Below, piece after piece: positions 60,627 to 64,000 of a DNA stretch of 64,000 nt. The DNA comes from Spirochaetaceae bacterium (GTDB lineage: Bacteria > Spirochaetota > Spirochaetia > DSM-2461). A model generated the notes under the pieces. That model was given only the letters and a program-made list of their open reading frames with translations. It was not told the DNA's origin and did no database searches. The stretch lies in contig JAOPTT010000001.1 of the NCBI GenBank assembly GCA_051531975.1, positions 1-64,000 on the forward strand. The letters run 5' to 3'. The position numbers and the translations under genes are program-made. Each line of letters begins with the position of its first letter. Position 1 is the stretch's first letter.

Positions 60627-61643
60627 ATGAAGAAAATAGTATTTATATCAATTTTTCTTATATCTGTGACACTATACTCAGCAGAGTTACCAAGAATTGT
60701 AATATTAGAAACAATGACTCTTGAATCTCTACAGGATAGAACAAACAGCCTGATAAGACATCTATCTGACAATGGATATATAGATGGAGAAACTGTTACA
60801 ATTGAAATATATAATGCAGAAAAAGATAGAAACAAAGCTAGGTCACTTTTAAAAGAGGCGTTAAAAATAGGAAAACCTGATCTTGTAATATCTGTGGCAA
60901 CTATTGCATCACAGGAAACTTATAAACTATTAAAAGATACGGAAATACCTCAGCTCTTCTTTTATGTTACTGATCCTGTCAAAGCCGGAATAATAGAAAA
61001 GATGGATGTTGTTACTAATAAAAATATTACTGGATTTGCCCATGTTTTAAAAAATGAAATGTTAATGGAAATTACTCTTAGAATTTTAGAAACTAATGGT
61101 GATAAAAAACCCTACAATATAGGTTTTTTTTATACATCTTATCCTTCGTCAAACTCTGACTTTTTAAATATTCAGAGGGTAGATAAAAACAATACCAAGA
61201 TTAACATTATCCCTTTGTTTATAGAACAACTACCAATGCCTGAAGGATTTGCAAAAATGTTTAAAAGCACCGAGAAAGTACTAAAGGCCAATAGAGAAAA
61301 ATATGATTATATTTGGCTTTCCACAGGACCCCACAGTCTAAATTCAATTTTTTTGGATAAATTAGTAAATTTAATAGAGGTCCCGATTATTTTTGGAGCT
61401 AATATGTTGGCTGTTAAAAAAGGTGCTCTGTTATCAGTAGTATCAACTGCAAATCAAGATGGCCGTTATGCAGGAGAAATTGCCATACAAATTCTTCAAG
61501 GAATACCTGCAGGAGACATTCCTGTTACAAGATCTAAACATTTTGAGGTTGGGGTTAATTTATTAACAGCAGATAAGTTGGGGTCAATTGTTCCATCGGA
61601 TATTTTAGATCTAGCAAGGAATAATATTATATATGAAGATTAG
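60627..61643 (+). CDS. ABC_sub_bind-type periplasmic binding protein
   Basis: Signal peptide, KPDLVISVATIASQ, FFYVTDPVKAGI, NITG, GIPAGDIPV, VNLLTADKLG. Confidence 0.85.
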   Translation: MKKIVFISIFLISVTLYSAELPRIVILETMTLESLQDRTNSLIRHLSDNGYIDGETVTIEIYNAEKDRNKARSLLKEALKIGKPDLVISVATIASQETYKLLKDTEIPQLFFYVTDPVKAGIIEKMDVVTNKNITGFAHVLKNEMLMEITLRILETNGDKKPYNIGFFYTSYPSSNSDFLNIQRVDKNNTKINIIPLFIEQLPMPEGFAKMFKSTEKVLKANREKYDYIWLSTGPHSLNSIFLDKLVNLIEVPIIFGANMLAVKKGALLSVVSTANQDGRYAGEIAIQILQGIPAGDIPVTRSKHFEVGVNLLTADKLGSIVPSDILDLARNNIIYED

Positions 61644-63876
61644 AAATAAAATTCTACTACTTTTATTGCCTCCAATATTTATAGGATTTTTGACTTTAAC
61701 ACTATGGGCCGGACAGTTGGCAAAAAAAAATGTATATACAAATAGTAAAGAGCTAATTTCTCTATACTTAGATAGTGCAATTAAAGATAATATAAATAGG
61801 CGTATAGAGCTATTATCTACCACTGGGTTAGATAAAGTTGAAAACTATGTAAATCATTATCAGATGGAAGTTCTAAATGAATTTAAGGATATCAGTGCAA
61901 ATACTAATCGTAATTATTTTGTTATTGATGGTAATAATAAAGTATTAGAACCTACAAAATGCCCAGAAGGAACAGATTGTTTAGATTGGGGAAATGTCAG
62001 TGCCGAGTATGGTTTAAAGAAATCAGATAATGACAATATTTATTATGGATACAGATACGTAGAAAACTGGAACTGGTTTGTATTTGTTACAATCCCTGAA
62101 AAGCATTTAATAATTAATATAGATGAAATTAGAGGTTGGGGTCTTCTAATTGGAATAATTATATTAATTCTTATTTTTTTAATGATATATTTTTTATCTT
62201 TTAAGATACTGTCTGAGCCTATTCAAAAACTAATAAGTGCATCAAAAACGGTCAAATCCCACCAACATCTTCTTAAGCTAAATATCAATAGTCATGATGA
62301 ATTTAACGTTCTGGCTAGATCAATAGAAGATATGGCTCAATCTATAGAAGTTAATTCGAAAGAATTAAAAGATAGAGAAAAAAAATATCGACAGGTAATA
62401 GCAACAACTTCAGACGGATTCTGTTTTGTTGATCAAACTGGAAACATTATTGATGTTAATGATTCATATATTAAACTCTCTAGATTTACCCGGGATGAAC
62501 TTTTAAATACAAAAATATGGGAACTTGAATCAATTTCTGATGGTAATAGTTTAAAAAATAGACTGTTTGAACTGCCACTTAATGGGAATGTGCTCTTTAT
62601 ATCAAAACAGAAAGATAAGGATGGAAATGAGTGGATTGCTGAGATTAATCTAAGTTCAAATTCTGATGGGGATAACTCTTATTATATTTTTTTCAGAGAT
62701 ATAAGTAAAAGGATTTTAGAAGGATTGGAAAAAGAAAAATTACTAAAACAGCTGGCTCAAAAAAATAAGATGGACGCTGTTGGTCTATTGGCAGGTGGAA
62801 TCGCCCACGATTTTAATAATATTCTAGGAGTTATCATTAATTCTGCAGAACTATTAAAAGATAAAAATAATAATGAAGACTGTAATGTAATAGATCTTAT
62901 TTTAAAATCATCTTTTAAGGCATCAGATTTAACCAAAAAATTAATGGCTTTTGGTAAAAAAAGTAAAATAAAATCATCAAGTATCGATATGCATATTATT
63001 TTAACAGATCTTATTGGAATATTAGATAGTACTATCGATAAAAAAATAAATTTAAAAGCAAATCCAGATGCAAAACAACACATAATTTATGGTGATTTAT
63101 CAGATATTCAAAATGCTATTATGAATATATCAATCAATTCCTCCCACGCTATGGAACAGGGAGGATGCATTGAATATACAACTGGTAATAAGATCTTTAA
63201 AAATATATATACATTAAACAATGATTTTGATTTAAATGCTGGAGAGTATTTTGTTTTAGAAATCAAAGATAATGGAAAAGGAATATCTAAAGAAAATATT
63301 GGAAAAATATTTGAACCATTTTTTACAACTAAAGAACAGGGGAAAGGAACTGGACTTGGTTTAGCAGCTGTATATGGAATAATGAAAGATCATGGTGGAG
63401 GTCTTAATGTTCAGAGTGAATTAGGAGTAGGAACAACTTTTACTCTGTATCTTCCATCTACTACTGGAGAAGTCATTATCGAAAAGAAAAACGGAGATAA
63501 GATTCTTGGTAAAGGAACAATACTTTTAGCTGAGGATGAAGAGTTATTAAGAGAAATAAGTAAGGCTGTTCTTGAAAACCTGGGATATAGAGTGATATTA
63601 GCAAAAAATGGAAAAGAAGCAACAGAAATATATAAAGAAAAAAAAGATGAAATTGATCTTGTTTTATTGGATATGACAATGCCTATTATGAATGGGAAAG
63701 AAGCTTTAATTATAATAAAAAAGATAAATCCTGGGTCTAAAATAATTATGGCGTCAGGATTCATGAGAGATGAAAGTCTAGATGAATTAAAAGAATTAGG
63801 TTTGGCAGCATTTATACCAAAACCATATAAGTTAACAGAACTAAGTTTGCTTCTAAGTGAACAAATGAAAAGTTAG
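61633..63876 (+). CDS. Hybrid sensor kinase (HAMP, PAS, HisKA, HATPase, REC)
   Basis: LAGGIAHDFNNIL, IFEPFFTTKEQGKGTGLGL, LLDMTMP. Confidence 0.95.
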   Translation: MKIRNKILLLLLPPIFIGFLTLTLWAGQLAKKNVYTNSKELISLYLDSAIKDNINRRIELLSTTGLDKVENYVNHYQMEVLNEFKDISANTNRNYFVIDGNNKVLEPTKCPEGTDCLDWGNVSAEYGLKKSDNDNIYYGYRYVENWNWFVFVTIPEKHLIINIDEIRGWGLLIGIIILILIFLMIYFLSFKILSEPIQKLISASKTVKSHQHLLKLNINSHDEFNVLARSIEDMAQSIEVNSKELKDREKKYRQVIATTSDGFCFVDQTGNIIDVNDSYIKLSRFTRDELLNTKIWELESISDGNSLKNRLFELPLNGNVLFISKQKDKDGNEWIAEINLSSNSDGDNSYYIFFRDISKRILEGLEKEKLLKQLAQKNKMDAVGLLAGGIAHDFNNILGVIINSAELLKDKNNNEDCNVIDLILKSSFKASDLTKKLMAFGKKSKIKSSSIDMHIILTDLIGILDSTIDKKINLKANPDAKQHIIYGDLSDIQNAIMNISINSSHAMEQGGCIEYTTGNKIFKNIYTLNNDFDLNAGEYFVLEIKDNGKGISKENIGKIFEPFFTTKEQGKGTGLGLAAVYGIMKDHGGGLNVQSELGVGTTFTLYLPSTTGEVIIEKKNGDKILGKGTILLAEDEELLREISKAVLENLGYRVILAKNGKEATEIYKEKKDEIDLVLLDMTMPIMNGKEALIIIKKINPGSKIIMASGFMRDESLDELKELGLAAFIPKPYKLTELSLLLSEQMKS

Positions 63877-63926
63877 ATTCGATATGAAAAAAATAATAGT
63901 ATTAACTTTCAATTATAAAACAGAAA

Positions 63927-63950
63927 AACCCCTGCTTTAAACCAGGGGTT
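63927..63950. terminator. Rho-independent terminator hairpin
   Basis: AACCCCTG-N8-CAGGGGTT after the kinase stop, with an A-tract on the 5' side. Confidence 0.7.
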
Positions 63951-64000
63951 AACTAATATATTAACTAGTTAGAAATCATAACTTGCTGTAAACAAGTTTC

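Noticed and set aside
4111..63764. Many short antisense ORFs in the track (e.g. 4111-4425, 19844-20179, 30368-30733, 62757-63083)
   Set aside because: Nested antisense to well-supported genes, as expected from codon structure

Overview
An AT-rich bacterial chromosomal window. The gene repertoire (spirochaete-type MCP, PG0541-like protein, AdhE) suggests a free-living anaerobic spirochaete, but that is an inference. Bases 1-41.9 kb are mostly metabolic and regulatory: the 5' part of adhE running off the left edge, a TorT-like protein with a hybrid kinase, a lipase, an SDR with divergent AraC, a sigma54-driven divergent GH13, a TetR-controlled GH2/GH36/MFS galactoside locus, ThuA/Gfo, an MCP, SulP, ribokinase, and an RND efflux operon with a two-component system. 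Bases 40.5-60.5 kb form an accessory island. It starts with an AAA/DUF4143 ATPase preceded by three 12-bp repeats at exact 33-bp spacing. Next is a 3,001-bp resolvase-less Tn3-family element whose transposase lost about 60 codons through an 11-bp microhomology. Four co-oriented putative defence genes (HEPN, two PD-(D/E)xK nucleases, TPR-DUF2971) and a serine resolvase follow. The most interesting structure is a ~5.45-kb segment bracketed by two inverted, spacing-conserved res-like sites of that resolvase. It holds small orphan immunity-like genes in two opposed modules. Each module begins with a conserved ~98-nt leader plus an unannotated mini-ORF carrying the Rhs core-end motif (NNP..DPTGL) and ends in a conserved 36-bp element, which makes this a candidate recombinase-associated Rhs-tip/immunity cassette system. 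A decayed DUF1778-GNAT toxin-antitoxin pair and a binding-protein/hybrid-kinase pair close the window. No rRNA, tRNA or CRISPR array was seen.
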